A stretch of DNA of 64,000 bases from Camelus ferus (lineage: Eukaryota), in contig NC_045696.1 of NCBI RefSeq assembly GCF_009834535.1, positions 43,092,001-43,156,000 of the forward strand. Direction: 5' to 3'. This document shows positions 38,955-51,724 of this stretch, in pieces. Positions within the stretch are counted from its first letter, which is position 1. Every line of letters starts with the position of its first letter. The translations under genes were made by a program, and so were the position numbers. Under the pieces are notes generated by a model that ran no database searches, was not told the DNA's origin, and saw only the letters and a list, made by a program, of their open reading frames with translations.

Positions 38955-41900
38955 ACTTTTTTTATTTTGAATACACACCTGTATTAAATTAGAGGTTCTG
39001 TGTACTGTTTCCCCCTGTGGTAACATCTTGAAAAAATTGACATCTGGAAAAAATGGTAGTAAAACACCATAACCAGGAAATTTTCATGGGTACAATTTAC
39101 CAATCTTATTTAGATGTCCCCAGTTTCACTTACACTCAATTTATGTATGTGTTATTACTTCTATGCAGTTTTTTCTTTCAAACTGAAGTATAGTCAGTTA
39201 CAATGTATCAATTTCTAGTTTAGAGCATAATGTCCTAGTCATACTTATATATACATATTTTCATTTTCATTAAAGGTTATTACAAGATATTGAATATAGT
39301 TCCATATGCTATACAGAAGAAACTTGTTTTTATCTATTTTTATATAAAGTGGTTAATCTTTGCAAATTTCAGACTCCCAATTTTATCCCTTCCCATCCCC
39401 TTTCCCCTGGTAATCATAAAAGTGTTTATTAATGTGCGAATCTGTTTCTGTTTTGTAGATGAGTTCATTAGTGTCCTCTATTTTTCTTTAAGATTCCACA
39501 TATGAGTCATGTAATATGGTATTTTTCTTCCTCTTTTTGGCTTACTTCACTTAGAATAACAGTCTCCAGGTCCATCTGTGTTGCTGCAAATGGCATTATT
39601 TTATTTTTTTAATCGCTGAGTAGTATTCCATCATTTACCACATCTTCTTTATCCAGTCATCTGTCGATGGACATTTAGCTTGCTTCCATGTCTTGGCTAC
39701 TGTATATAGTGCTTCTATGAACGTTGGGGTGCATGTATCTTTTCGAATTAGAGTTCCCTCTGGATATATGCTCAGGAGCAGGATTGCTGGATCATATAAG
39801 TCTATTTTTAGTTTTTTGAGGAATCTCAAATACTGTTTTCCATAATGGCTGCACTGAACTGCATTCATACCAACAGTGTAGGAGGGTTCCCTATTCTCCA
39901 TGCCCTCTCCAGTATTTATCATTTGTGTACTTTTGAATGATGGCCATTCTGACTGGTATGAGGTGAAAGCTCGTTGCAGTTTTGATGTGCATTTTTTCAT
40001 GTGCCTATTGGCTGTATGTCTTCATTGGGAAATTGCTTCTATGCAGTTTCATCATGTATAGGTACATGGATCCACCACCATAGTCAAGATACTAACAGGG
40101 AGCCCTTGTGTTGCCCTAATATAATCACAACCCTCTTTCCTCCTGCCCCTTGACTCCTATACCATGACAACTATTAATCTCTCCATTTCTATAATATTTT
40201 AAATGTTATATAAATGAAAATGCCACATTTTGGATTTTTTTTCACTAAGCATATATCCTTTGAAATCCATCCAAATTGCTTTGTGAATCAATAGCTTGTT
40301 CCTTTTATTGCTGAGTAATATTTAATGGTATGGTTGTTGAATGTTAAACTAGTTTTGCATATGTGGACTAAATCCCACTTGGTATGGTGTTTGTTTTCAT
40401 ATATCATTGAATTTTATTTGCTAATATTTTGAGGATTTTTGTCTCAAAGTTTATGACAGATGTTGGCTTATAGATTTTTGGTGTTCATTTATTTTTGGTA
40501 TGGTTTGGCTTCACAGTAGAACTGGTGACATAAAACAAATTTGGTAGTGTTCCCTCCTGTTCTATTTTCTGGATAAGTTGTTAAAAATTGGTACTAAGTC
40601 TTCTTTAAATATTTGGTGGAATTCTCCAGTGAACCCCATCTGAGCCTGATAATATGCTATCTGGGAACATTTTAGTTAAGAATTCAATAATGGTAATGGT
40701 AATTACTATTCACATTATGTATTTTGTCTTGGTTGAGTTTGGTAGCATAAGGATTTTGAAGAATTAATTTGTTACTGATGAGTTGCTTAAAGTTTTTTTT
40801 TTAATAGTCCCTTGTTATACTTTTAATGGATACAGGATGTGTACTGATATACTCTTTCATTCCTGATATTGATGATTTGTGTCTTCTCAGTCTTACTAGA
40901 GTTTTAATCATTTTATTGATTTTGGGGGGAAGAAAACAACTTTGGTTTCATTTATTTTTTTCTATTCTTGTCATGTTTTAAATTTATTTCTGTTCTTTTA
41001 TTAATATCTTCCCTCTGCTTAGACTTTATTTTGTACTACATTTTCAATTTTCTTAAGGTAGGAATTTATATTGAGACATTTTCTTATTTTTGAAAAAATT
41101 AACTTTGTAGTAATTTTAGATGTTTGGAAAAATCAAGATGTTAATAATTTTCATATATTTTATGTCAGTTTCACCTATTATTAGTAACTCACACGAGTAT
41201 GCTACATTTCTTTTGCTTAGTGAACCAGTATTGATACATTACCTAAAGTGCATGTCTTATTAGCCATTCTTATTTTTGACTTAGTGTCATTTTTCTGTTC
41301 CAGGACCCCATTCAAGACATCACATTGCATTTATTTGTCATGTCTCAACAATACACTTGGCTGTACAATTTTTCAAACTTTTTTTGATGACCTTCACAGT
41401 TTTGAGAAGTACTAGTTAGTTGTCCAGTCAATGTCCGTCTTCTTACTGTTTGATGATTATCTCAGGATTAGACCGAGTTTATGAATTTTTAGGATAAAGA
41501 CCAGAGAGAAGTAAAGTTCCATTTTATCACATTCTATCAAGGGTACATCTCATTGACATGACTTACCAATGTTGATCTACCATTGAAACAATATAAGCAG
41601 GTCCATTAGCAAATAAAGAAATGAAAAGGAAAGCACCAGATTATCTATTTCTCCTTGTATGTGATTTGGTAATTTATGTCATTCAAAGAATTGGTGCATT
41701 TCATCTAGTTATCACATTGGAAGGCCTAGAATTGTTCATATTGTTCCTTTACTATCCATTTAATGTTCATACAACTTTCATTTCTAATATTGGTTTGTGT
41801 CTTTGCTATTTTTTTCTTAGTTAACATGGCTAAGGTTTATTTTATTGTTCTCAGAGAATCTGCTTTTGACTTTATTGATTTTTTTCCTATTGTTTCCTAA

Positions 41901-42310
41901 GGTGGAAACATAGAAAATTATAGTATTAAACACATATCTTAGCTTACTGATTTTCTGTCTTCTAAGTACTGCTATCACTGCATCAAACAAATACAGATGC
42001 TTTAGCATTTCATTCATTCCATTTAATTTTTGATCTATTATTTAGATATTTGGGAATTTATTGCTGACCGTCTCATACTGATTTCTAATTTAATTCAGTT
42101 GTGGTCTGAGAAAATACTTTGTATGATTTCTGTTCTATCTTGAATGCACCAGGTAAACTTGAGAAAACTCTACATTCTACTGTTGTTGGGTAGAGTATTC
42201 TACATATTTCAATTAAATCATGTTGATAATGTTCTTTAGGTTAGCTATATACTTACTAATTTTCTGCCTATTCACTATATTACTGAAAGAGATGCATTTA
42301 ATTATCAAAA
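38955..42310 (-). mobile_element. Old L1M cluster (3'UTR and ORF2 fragments) with nested younger L1 pieces
   Basis: Decayed antisense ORF2 ('tggaattctccagtgaaccccatctgagcctg'), L1MC/MD-like 3'UTRs at about 38955-39170, 40050-40330 and 41090-41580. Confidence 0.7.
39172..40035 (-). mobile_element. 5'-truncated L1 with perfect 14-bp TSD, nested in the older L1M
   Basis: TSD CTTCTATGCAGTTT at 39158-39171 and 40036-40049. ORF2 C-terminal peptide (KDTCTPTFIEALYTVAKTWKQ). Confidence 0.92.
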
Positions 42311-42334
42311 TATAATAATGGATTAATCTTAAGG

Positions 42335-42580
42335 ATGTTAGGCACATGAGGAGAATATTTTGGGTGTTTTGTTATTTATAATAAGCCACTTTCTACCACA
42401 ACTGGATTTATGTAATGAAGTGACTTTTGGAAAACACCTATTCACCTTTATGGCTCTGGAGCAGTTTTGGGAATTGAAGACAAAAATATTAAACTAAAAG
42501 ATGCTCTTATCATTCAGGAAATTCCAAGGGTTTGGTAGCTATGAGCCAGGAAACCATGGATGAAGACCAAATATTACAGC
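42335..42580 (-). mobile_element. MER21-like LTR fragment
   Basis: 'aaaagatgctcttatcattcaggaaattccaagggtttggtagctatgagccaggaaacc...gaagaccaaata'. Confidence 0.65.
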
Positions 42581-43420
42581 CACACACTATCTTCTATAGG
42601 ATCAAAACTTTGTGGTTTGGTAGATTTAACTCTGGCAAAGATTCAGCCTAAGGAGTTGTTTGCTGGAGTCGTTTCAAATTCTTTACACAGTTGTTCTACT
42701 CATCTTCCCAGGGAGAGTGTGAAACCTCCACATCTGCTGAGCATTAACTCCACAGTCACGGATTTCTATTTTCTTTCCAGCTCTGTGCCCTATGAATCTG
42801 AGTTGAAGTGGAGAAAGAAAAACGGTGTACGATACAATGAAATACCAAATAGTTGGAGATTTAATTTCTTAGCACTATCCAATTCAAAACCAAATGTTTA
42901 TTTTCCCTTCTCCTAATAAAGCCTTTTTGTTCATTGTCAGTATGGTAATACCCCCTTTTTCTATTGCTTTCTCCTCTGTTGGTCCTATGGACAGAGCGTT
43001 TTTTGTTGTGGTACCAAAGGAAGACCGTGAAATAGAAGGGCTTCAAAGTGTAAATATTTATCTTATAGCAAGACAGGAGCAGAACAAACAAGACAGATTA
43101 AAGTAGAAGCATTTTTACTTGAATAATCCAGCAGTTTTTCTAGGAGTTTGATAACGTAGACAAGATTGAGAAAGTTCTGTTTTTGTTATAGGATATATTG
43201 TTGTAGACACATAGTTGAGAAACAAGATAGTCCAAGGTAACTTTTACAATACTCCTGGCAACTCCTTTGTGATGAGAACCTAGAATTACATTAGAGGTTC
43301 ACTAAATCACAAGTATGCATAGGGTTGAAGTATTAAGACTCACTGTACTGGTAGAAGTTGTACATGGAGTTCTTATTTAAAATACATTCATTCATTTCTT
43401 ATGGACCCAGTTTCTATTAT
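42581..43420 (-). mobile_element. Probable ERV internal sequence remnant adjoining the LTR fragment
   Basis: Abuts the LTR and resembles MER4-group internal regions. No intact ORF. Confidence 0.35.
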
Positions 43421-43909
43421 CTAAGTCTTTTCATCTGATAAGCAAGCCTCCCAACCTTCTCTATCCCCACTAACATTTTGTATTTATTAACCGTGGTCAG
43501 TAAGGTGGAAGTGCCAGACATTTCAGGTAAGTTGTTTCCAGTTGGTATTTCTAACATACTGTTAGTGATTTGAGAGACTCAAAGAGGTATAAGAATTCAC
43601 AGTTTAAACTTTGAAAGTCATCTTTTTAAAAGGATATGCTGAACAAATGCTTTGAAAACAGTGACAAGCTAGAGAATTTCATTAAACAGAATAGATCTGT
43701 AACTGAATTCTTGCTATTCTTTCCTATAGTAGCTTTTTACTTCCATGAGGCAATAAAAACAGGTATTAAAATATAGAAACATTAAGATTCCACATGAAAA
43801 TGTTTTTTGGAACCTTTGAACCCTCACCACCTTCATATTGAAAGAGAGGACAAAGAAAAGCACCTTAAAAATGTATACACAAATATAAGTTTAATGCCAT
43901 AAATTTGAT

Positions 43910-44034
43910 AAATGTAAATTCTTCTGGTTTCTGTGTAATACCACTAAATTCTTCCCACTTTAGCATGAGATACAGATCTTTATGACTTACATGAATTTGG
44001 TGGTATTACACAGAAGCAAGAAGAATTTGCATTT
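43910..44034 (+). repeat. Inverted repeat: 42-bp arms, 41-nt loop
   Basis: 43910-43951 versus the reverse complement of 43993-44034: 38 of 42 identical. Confidence 0.95.
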
Positions 44035-44770
44035 CTTCACTCAATGAAGAATATATTTACAGCTTCAACCTAATAAATAAATAAAAATTCTTCCTCTATT
44101 GCAGGAGTCCATTCAAACACAGACTAGAGAATGCTCAACTGCATCAGAATCATTTTAGGATCCTATTATTCCAGAATTTGATGAGTGCACCCAGAGAGAT
44201 ATATTACGACAACATCTAAGAGAAACACTGAAATAGTCAATGAGGCTGCAACGCATCATGGTTCCTAGGTTCAAATGTAAATTTATACAACCATCATCTT
44301 GCACAGCCTATTGAAGAGAGCTAACCTCAGTAGTTATTAATAAATGAGAAAGCTGTGCTTAAATTATAAGCAATTATATGGAACTAGACAATTTTAAAAA
44401 ATATTTTAGTATAGATTATCAATCACAAATTATAACTAGGACACAAATAAGAATTGGATCTTTAAAAAATGAGAAACACGGTCTACATTGTGGCAAATAC
44501 TCTCTCTTATGTGTATTAAGAAGTTATTAATTTTGCTTGTCATCACTGAAGCCGCCTTTTATGCTCCAGGTATTCCTGAGTTTGAGACTTGGTAGGTGAC
44601 AGAGATACTGGATGAAGCATCACAGTGCTTGGCTGGGTAGAACCACCACTCTGATCATGGTTAGAGAACCACTCAGTGATTCTGGGGAAACCAATATCCA
44701 CATAATAAATTCATTCCTGGATCCTAATAATTAAGATCCCTGACAGATGGATTTAATAAGATTTTTTAGG

Positions 44771-44826
44771 TAAATATTTCCTTATATATGAATTTTTATA
44801 AATATTTCCTTATATATGAATTTTTA
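44771..44826. repeat. Perfect 28-bp tandem duplication
   Basis: TAAATATTTCCTTATATATGAATTTTTA twice. Confidence 0.95.
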
Positions 44827-45229
44827 AATACAAACTATATATTCCTTAGTTACTGCTTAATTTAATACTGCACTATAAAATGAGAACAATTTAAGTAATA
44901 TGCATTTAATATTAATTTTTACTGTAGTGAGTATTCTTCAATACTGGCTCTATCACTCATTAAAATTGCCTCTACATTACTTTGTTTAAATCTTACAGGC
45001 ACTCTGATGCTCCATTAAGAGCAAACAAAATTGAAATGGTTTATCCAAAGTCATAAAGCCAGGAAATGGTGGTAGAGCCAATGTCTTTTGTCTAAAACCT
45101 TGCGATTTTCAACCTATGACTTATGGTATGTTGCCTTTCAAAGAAGGAAACATTTCTCTAAATGGAACTCTAATTCTTGACCATAGGTAATAAGATTAGG
45201 CAAATTAGAGTTTAGGTATAAAATGATAC

Positions 45230-45355
45230 ATCTCTGTAATAATCTATAATGATAAAGAACATGAAAAGGAATATATATGTACAGCTGAATCACTATGCTG
45301 TACCCCAGAAACTGACACAACATGTAAATCATTTACAATTCACTGAAAAATAAAT
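45230..45355 (+). mobile_element. Short L1 3'-end fragment
   Basis: 'ctgaatcactatgctgtaccccagaaactgacacaacatgtaaatca'. Confidence 0.8.
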
Positions 45356-45922
45356 TAGTTTTATATATATATCACTACATGTGTATCTGTATCTTTATAT
45401 ACACATTACAGACTCTGGACAGCCTACATATTTTCTTTGGTGTCGCCTTGAATACCTGCCTGTGCCCAACCTTCTTCTTGAGAAAGCTTAGAAAAATCAT
45501 ATCCACCTACAATTCTATGGATATTCAATAAAATTCTGAGAAGAGAGAATGAGAAAAAATTCATCCTGATTTTGCTTCATTGTGGCCTAATATAGTTTTT
45601 GAGGTTGACATATGAAAGAATAAACGAACATCAATTGTCACAAGATTTTTTAAAGTTTCCTTCAGCATGCAGCCTGGGACAGCACTAAGGTTGGAGAGGC
45701 TGTGAATGGGAAGCCGTGTTTTCTACAGGCTCACAGCCACTGCTCTTCTGAACTTCTCTTTCCTTCCCTGACTATACTTCCTTAGATTCTCATTCTTGTG
45801 TTACTCCAGAGCAGTTACTCTAGTACTGACTGTGGAGTTTGCATTGAAATCCTATCAACGATAATTCATTTCATTTGATTTTTGAGTCTCAATTTAACAG
45901 CGTTCAATGCTTCTAGTGTTTT

Positions 45923-47171
45923 TTATTTTTCTAAATATACTTTTATTAAAGTATATAGTTAGTTACAAATCAAAACTATAATGAGGTACCACCTCACACC
46001 AGTCAGAATGATCATCATTCAAAAGTCTATAAACAATAAATGCTGGAGAGGCTGTGGAGAAAAGGAAACCCTCCTACACTGCTGGTGGGAATGCAGTTTG
46101 GTGCAGCCATTATGGAAAACAGTATGGAGATTCTTCAAAAGACTAGAAATAGACTTACCTTATGATCTAGCAATCCCACTCCTGGGCATAAATCCAGAGA
46201 GAACTCTAACTTGAAAAGGTACATATACCCCAATGTTCATAGAAGCACTATTTACAATAGCCAGGACATGGAAGCAACCTAAATGTCCATCAACAGATGA
46301 CTGGATAAAGAAGATGTGGTATATTTCTACAATGGAGTACTACTCAGCCATAAAAAAGAATCAAATAATGCCATTTGCAGCAACATGGATGGACCTGGAG
46401 AGTGTCATTCTAAGTGAAGTAAGCCAGAAAGAGAAAGAAAAATACCATATAATATCATTCATATGTAGAATCTAAAAAAAAGGACAAACTTATTTACAAA
46501 TCAGAAACAGACTCAGAGACATAGAAAACAAACTTATGGTTACCAGAAGGGGAAGGGATAAATTGGGAGTTTGAGATTTGCAGATACTAACTACTATATA
46601 TAAAATAGATAAACAAGTTTATACTGTATAGCACAGGGAACTATATTCAATATCTTGTAGTAACTTATGGTTAAAAAATATGAAAACAAATATATGTATG
46701 TTCCTATATGACTAAAGCATGTGCTGTACACTAGAAATTGACACAACATTCATACAAAATAATAAACTCAAAATGGCTTAAAGACTTACACGTAAGACAA
46801 GACACTATAAACCTCTTAGAAGAAAACATAGGCAAAACACTATCTGACATAAATCTCAGGAATGTTCTCCTAGGTCAATCTACCCACCCAAGCAATAGAA
46901 ATAAAAGCAAAACTCGGACCTCATTAAGTTTATAAGCTTTTGCACAGCAAAAGGAAACCATTAGCAAAACAAAAAGACAGCCTATGGACAGGAAGAAAAT
47001 ATTTGCAAATGATGCAACTGACCAGGGCTTAATTTCCAGACTATACAAACAGCTCATACAACTTAATAAGAAAAAAAACCCCAAACAACCCAATCCAAAA
47101 ATGGGCAGATCTACACAAGCAATTCTCTAATGAAGACCTACAAATGGCCAATAGGCACATGGAAAGATGCT
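45923..47171. mobile_element. Rearranged L1 insertion (inverted and permuted segments)
   Basis: Minus-strand tail at 45923-45968, plus-strand ORF2 end and 3'UTR at 45967-46750, plus-strand upstream ORF2 at 46751-47171. TSD 45907-45922 / 47167-47182. Confidence 0.9.
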
Positions 47172-48504
47172 TACAGTGTTTTGCTAGACTTGCAACAACC
47201 AGTGTCATGGATCTCGATCTCAGTACTGTGCCCGGAGCCTCTGTTCTCTCTGTCACCCATCAAAATCTCCTGGAGGACAGCAAGGAAGCCACTTCTGCTT
47301 TCTAACTCAAAACTACTAAACATCTGAAGCTGCTTCTATATTCCCTAGTTCAAATTTTCCAAAGTGTCAACTTGTATTTCTTGTGTTACAGCTGCTGTCT
47401 TTCCTCACTTCACTCTCAATTGCTTGGACCAACACACATGTACAGACACAAACACATCTGCATTATCCCAACTTCCACATATGCTCGCATTTATATTACT
47501 TCTTTGAAAATGCAGAAACCTTCATTGAAAAGGGACTGGCCTCAGGCTCAGCTTTTGAATTTCAGACTGCCTCCAGCCTGTCACATTACCAAACATGGTG
47601 CTTTGGGCTGGAACCCATAGCCTTTCATTGCACTGTGGCCATAAGACAAAGAGAACCCTCATGAGACCCAGCAACTGTAAACAACCTCTACCTGACGGAC
47701 TCCGGCTCTCAGAGGTTCTTCTGGCAGTTAATACTTTGACACCAAATCCCACTTCTTTCACAGTTTGTCAGAAGCACTGGAAGATCGTCACAGGCAACTG
47801 TTAAAATAGAGAAAAGAAATTAACTGAGAGGGATCATAATTCTATCTGTTTCACTTCTTCTTCTCTCAGCCCAAAGGAGAAAAAATTACAAAACCATCTT
47901 TAACCTTTATAGTTCATTTAGCATATCTAGCTGGCTGACAAGGAGAGATACTGAATTCTGAGAAGTGGAAATGTACCTAGAGTTGAAAGTTTTAGCAACC
48001 ATGACATAATAGCATAAGGTTCTTAGAAGAGTGGGAATGGTTCAGAGAAATTGTAGATTAATCATTTATTTAAAAGTCTGTTAGAAAGTCATATCCTCTT
48101 TAATTGCATAAGATCTAGTTAAGAATCCGAAGGAGGGGACACATTTGCCCTCTTTCAGCTCCATCCCATCAGTACTTTTCAGCTTTACAGATCAGAATTA
48201 CAAATCTTTATTGGCCAAACGCAAGAATAATTTAAGGCACCATAAACATAGGGCTTTGAGTTCTCAAAGGAATTAATGATCACAATGAAGAGAATGAATC
48301 AAAGCTTGAAGAGGTATGGGTATGGACTCGTTCCTTATCTTTACAGGTATACAATTCATTTTCCGTCCTTCACTTTTTTCCCTGTTAGACTCTTTTAAAT
48401 CCTAAATGCTAGTGTTGAGACAAGCCTGAGGGCAGTACTTGGTTCCCTTGCCTGGGAACCTTGCTTTCAGTGATTGGAGTTTTACAAGGAGCTAATGGTA
48501 TAAA

Positions 48505-49063
48505 AGCATGTGCATGGGCTCTTTTTGCTTCATAAACGTTCTCGGGGGTTGTGATCCCAGCCATCGTGCCCAAGGAAGAAAGCTCAGCTCTGCTCTAAGC
48601 ACTGGGATTAGCTCTCCTTTTTTGCTTAATCTTTGCATTCACAGTTCTGTGCCTAACCTGTTGGTTCTTTTCCTAGAGCAAAAGTAGTAGGAATGAAGAA
48701 TTAAGTAGTTAAATGCTGACTAGCTCTCTACCCCCAGCAGCCCCCTGAGCAATCCTGCAGACAGACCACACAGATGAGATAACACTTGAAGACAGATCGT
48801 GAGGAGTCAGCCAGCCTGCACACAACGGACAATGGTGCAGAACCTAACCTTCTGCCTCAATGATTAACTGAGATTGCTTCCCCTCTTTTCCCTTTAAAAG
48901 CTGTCATAGCTGAGCAGAATCTTGCTAGTTGGCTTTGGGGTGTAAGTCCGCCTTCTCCCCAGATTGCAGGGTTTTTTGATGAAAGCAACTTAACTTCCTA
49001 CCACCACCTGCCTCTTGAGTATTGCCTTTTGAGTGGTGAGCAGCTGAACCTGAGTTTGGTTAC
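48505..49063 (+). mobile_element. ERV1-type solo LTR
   Basis: TATA-like 'ctttaaaagc' and U5 end 'gagtggtgagcagctgaacctgagtttggttac'. 5' boundary uncertain. Confidence 0.65.
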
Positions 49064-49334
49064 TTGTGTGTGTGGTTTTTTACTTGAAAGCAGAAGAAAC
49101 TGACTTCTGCCCTTCGTTTTCTTGGTTGGGGTTCTAGTTAAGGAATTGTAGGGCATATATAATAAAGCCAATCAAGAATTTCTGTTTCCTCAAGTTTTAA
49201 ATTACATTATTTCATGGGAATTTAAAGATTTCATCATCCACTGGTGTTGGATCTTTGTTCACATTATCCACCCTAGCCAATGGTCAGAGCAACAAAAGGT
49301 TTAAGTGCTACCATATTCAATACAGATTTAGCTC

Positions 49335-49359
49335 TTTTTTTTTTTTTTTTTTTTTTTTT
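49335..49359. repeat. Poly(T) homopolymer (25 nt)
   Basis: Directly visible. Confidence 0.9.
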
Positions 49360-50664
49360 GAGACAACTTCTATTGTGAGAAGGTTTAATAGCCTGAAGCC
49401 ACTTGGGGAAGGGAAATACAGTTCAAAGGGATGATCTTCTGGTCATCTGATTAATAAGAATTGGGAGAGGAAAATTAGCATGGTAAGTGCCTGTCTGCTT
49501 ATGAAAATATCTATTCTACTGGATCTGGTTTAAAAGTTGTTTGTTTTAATATGCTGTTGACAATAGCTATTTAGAGCTACTCCTGAATGTAAGTCAGCAA
49601 GAGGGCAGGGGATGGAGGAAGAGAGAGTTAAAGAGGGAGAAAGAAAGAGATGGGAGATATCAAATGGATGTTGAGGTTTGGAGTTGATTAATCTGTGAGG
49701 GTCACCAGGACAGTTAATAATAGATCACCATTACCCACAAATTCATGTAACAGTTATGTCAGTGCTCCTTTATGAACACTTAGAAAACAACTGTAGAATC
49801 TGTGATTATATTTCACCTACATCAACCATATAATTACCATAAAACTTGACCTAAATTAAAAAAAAAATTTGCTCCATTTCTTTGTTTTGATACCTCACTG
49901 TTTCTCTCTTTAAAGCACATATTCTCTCCCCTGTGATGTCTCAGCACACCCACAGGGCGAGGTTTATTAATATGTGACCCTACTGCTCTATCCATAACTG
50001 AATAAATCAGTACCAATCCACTGATCTCTGATTAACCGGACTTGGAGCTTTTCATGATGAATTAAATCTATGCAGCAAGCAGCACAGTGCATATGAGACC
50101 CTCAACAAATGGTAACTGTTGATAGACTGATATACATTACTGATACAATTATTCCCTTTTTACTCTCTTAACTTTCCGATTGCTTCAATTCTGCCACCTT
50201 CTTAAATTCTTTCACCTTCTAAAACAACATGATTAATGATATGGGCTACCCAAGGTTATATTCCTTTCCTGATTTTCTCCACTAGCCTGCCCTCTGCTCC
50301 CCTTCTCCCCTCCCTTCTTTCCTCTCTTCTCTCCTCCCAACCCTCTCTGTTTCATGGTGTCAACCACTTTTTTCTAGGTAACTATTTTCCATCTGTGGCT
50401 TCTAACTTGTTCTTCAGTTGTGCAGCCTCATTCTCATTCAGTATCTCTAAAGACTAAAAATTTGAAATTTATTTTCTGATGGTTAGTAAAATAGAATATG
50501 GAAATGACAAGTACTGAAGTGCTGAACTGATCAGTTCTGCCCTCCCCCTTTTATTTAAAAATAAGAATTTCACTGGGTGGGGGAGGGGGCAGAGGAGAAA
50601 CTGTAGTTCTCCTTGTAGGGAGATTAGTAGATACAAATAAATCTTTGTCCTCTAAAATTACAGT

Positions 50665-50830
50665 AACTAACATTAGAATGATCATTTGCAGTTTCCCGTG
50701 GACTCCTCATATGCCTGAAATGGCTCTACTCACGTCCATGGTAGTGATGAGGAAACTGGTGTCCAGAGAGCCTGAGCGCCTTGAGTCTGCAGATGGAGCA
50801 GGATCCGACGTTCATTCCACTTGACACCAA
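50665..50830 (-). mobile_element. MIR SINE
   Basis: 'gatgaggaaactggtgtccagagag'. Confidence 0.55.
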
Positions 50831-51189
50831 GACAGATCTGTGTGAAGAAATAAAACATAACACCACTTAAAGCTGCCTCTGTTTCTGCCAGCTGTAAATC
50901 AGGGTCAGGTGGTAGAGCCTGAGGTAAAGGGCAGTCAGAGAAAGGTTAAGTGGCTTCACATGAAACGCCCTGCTTTGTCAGGGGCAAGCACAGCATTTCC
51001 ACGCACAGGAGGTCTTGGCTGTGGGGTCTTGCGGAGTAAGGAGAGAGGCAGACTTTTCCCCCTTGTCAGTGGAAAGCTCCAAGAGGACTTCTTGTAGATG
51101 TACCTTATATAGGGCAGATAAATTAAATCTGGCTCTGTCCCACCAAAAAATAGATTCTAAGTCACTTTAGGAGAGAGTCAATCGAGTGT

Positions 51190-51570
51190 TTAATATCACA
51201 AGCCTTAGCTATGGTCAAACTTGGCTCTATTTGTGGTTCTGGGGCACACACTGGTGCTCTATTTGATTTCTCTGAACCTCAAACTCGTCATGGGTAAATT
51301 GGAGAATAAAACTAACAATTCTTTCGAGAATTAATTGAGATACTACATGTAAAAGGACTTAATTCAGTGCCTAGTGGTGTTATAATGGCTACTATCATCA
51401 TTAGGTAATTACTAAGCTGTAGTGAAAAGGACACACATTTTGGGGTTAAACTGATGTGGGTTCAAGCCCCTCTCCTACCAATTACCCATTGTATGAAACT
51501 GGGCAGATTAGTTACCCTTCTCTGAGCCACATTTTCTCTGTGTATTGGGTCTATTACTACTCTATGGGTC
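51190..51570 (+). mobile_element. Two tandem MIR fragments
   Basis: 'tctctgaacctcaaactcgtcatgggtaaattggagaataa...catgtaaaaggactt' and 'gggttcaagccc...ctgggcagattagttacccttctctgagcc'. Confidence 0.7.
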
Positions 51571-51724
51571 TTAGCAAAATGTATTTTTGTTTAAGCTGCT
51601 CGTCAGCCATGTAAGGGGAAAAATGAGTGCTTTCAGCCTTGGAGACTATACTACCTTGCCTTGCTCAACATTCTCCCAAGCACTTTGTTGACATATAAGT
51701 CACGCTCTGTTCACTTACGCCTTC

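Noticed and set aside
49335..49359. Poly(T) run, and poly(A) at 6845-6866, as orphan retrotransposon tails
   Set aside because: No TSD or attached element body was found.
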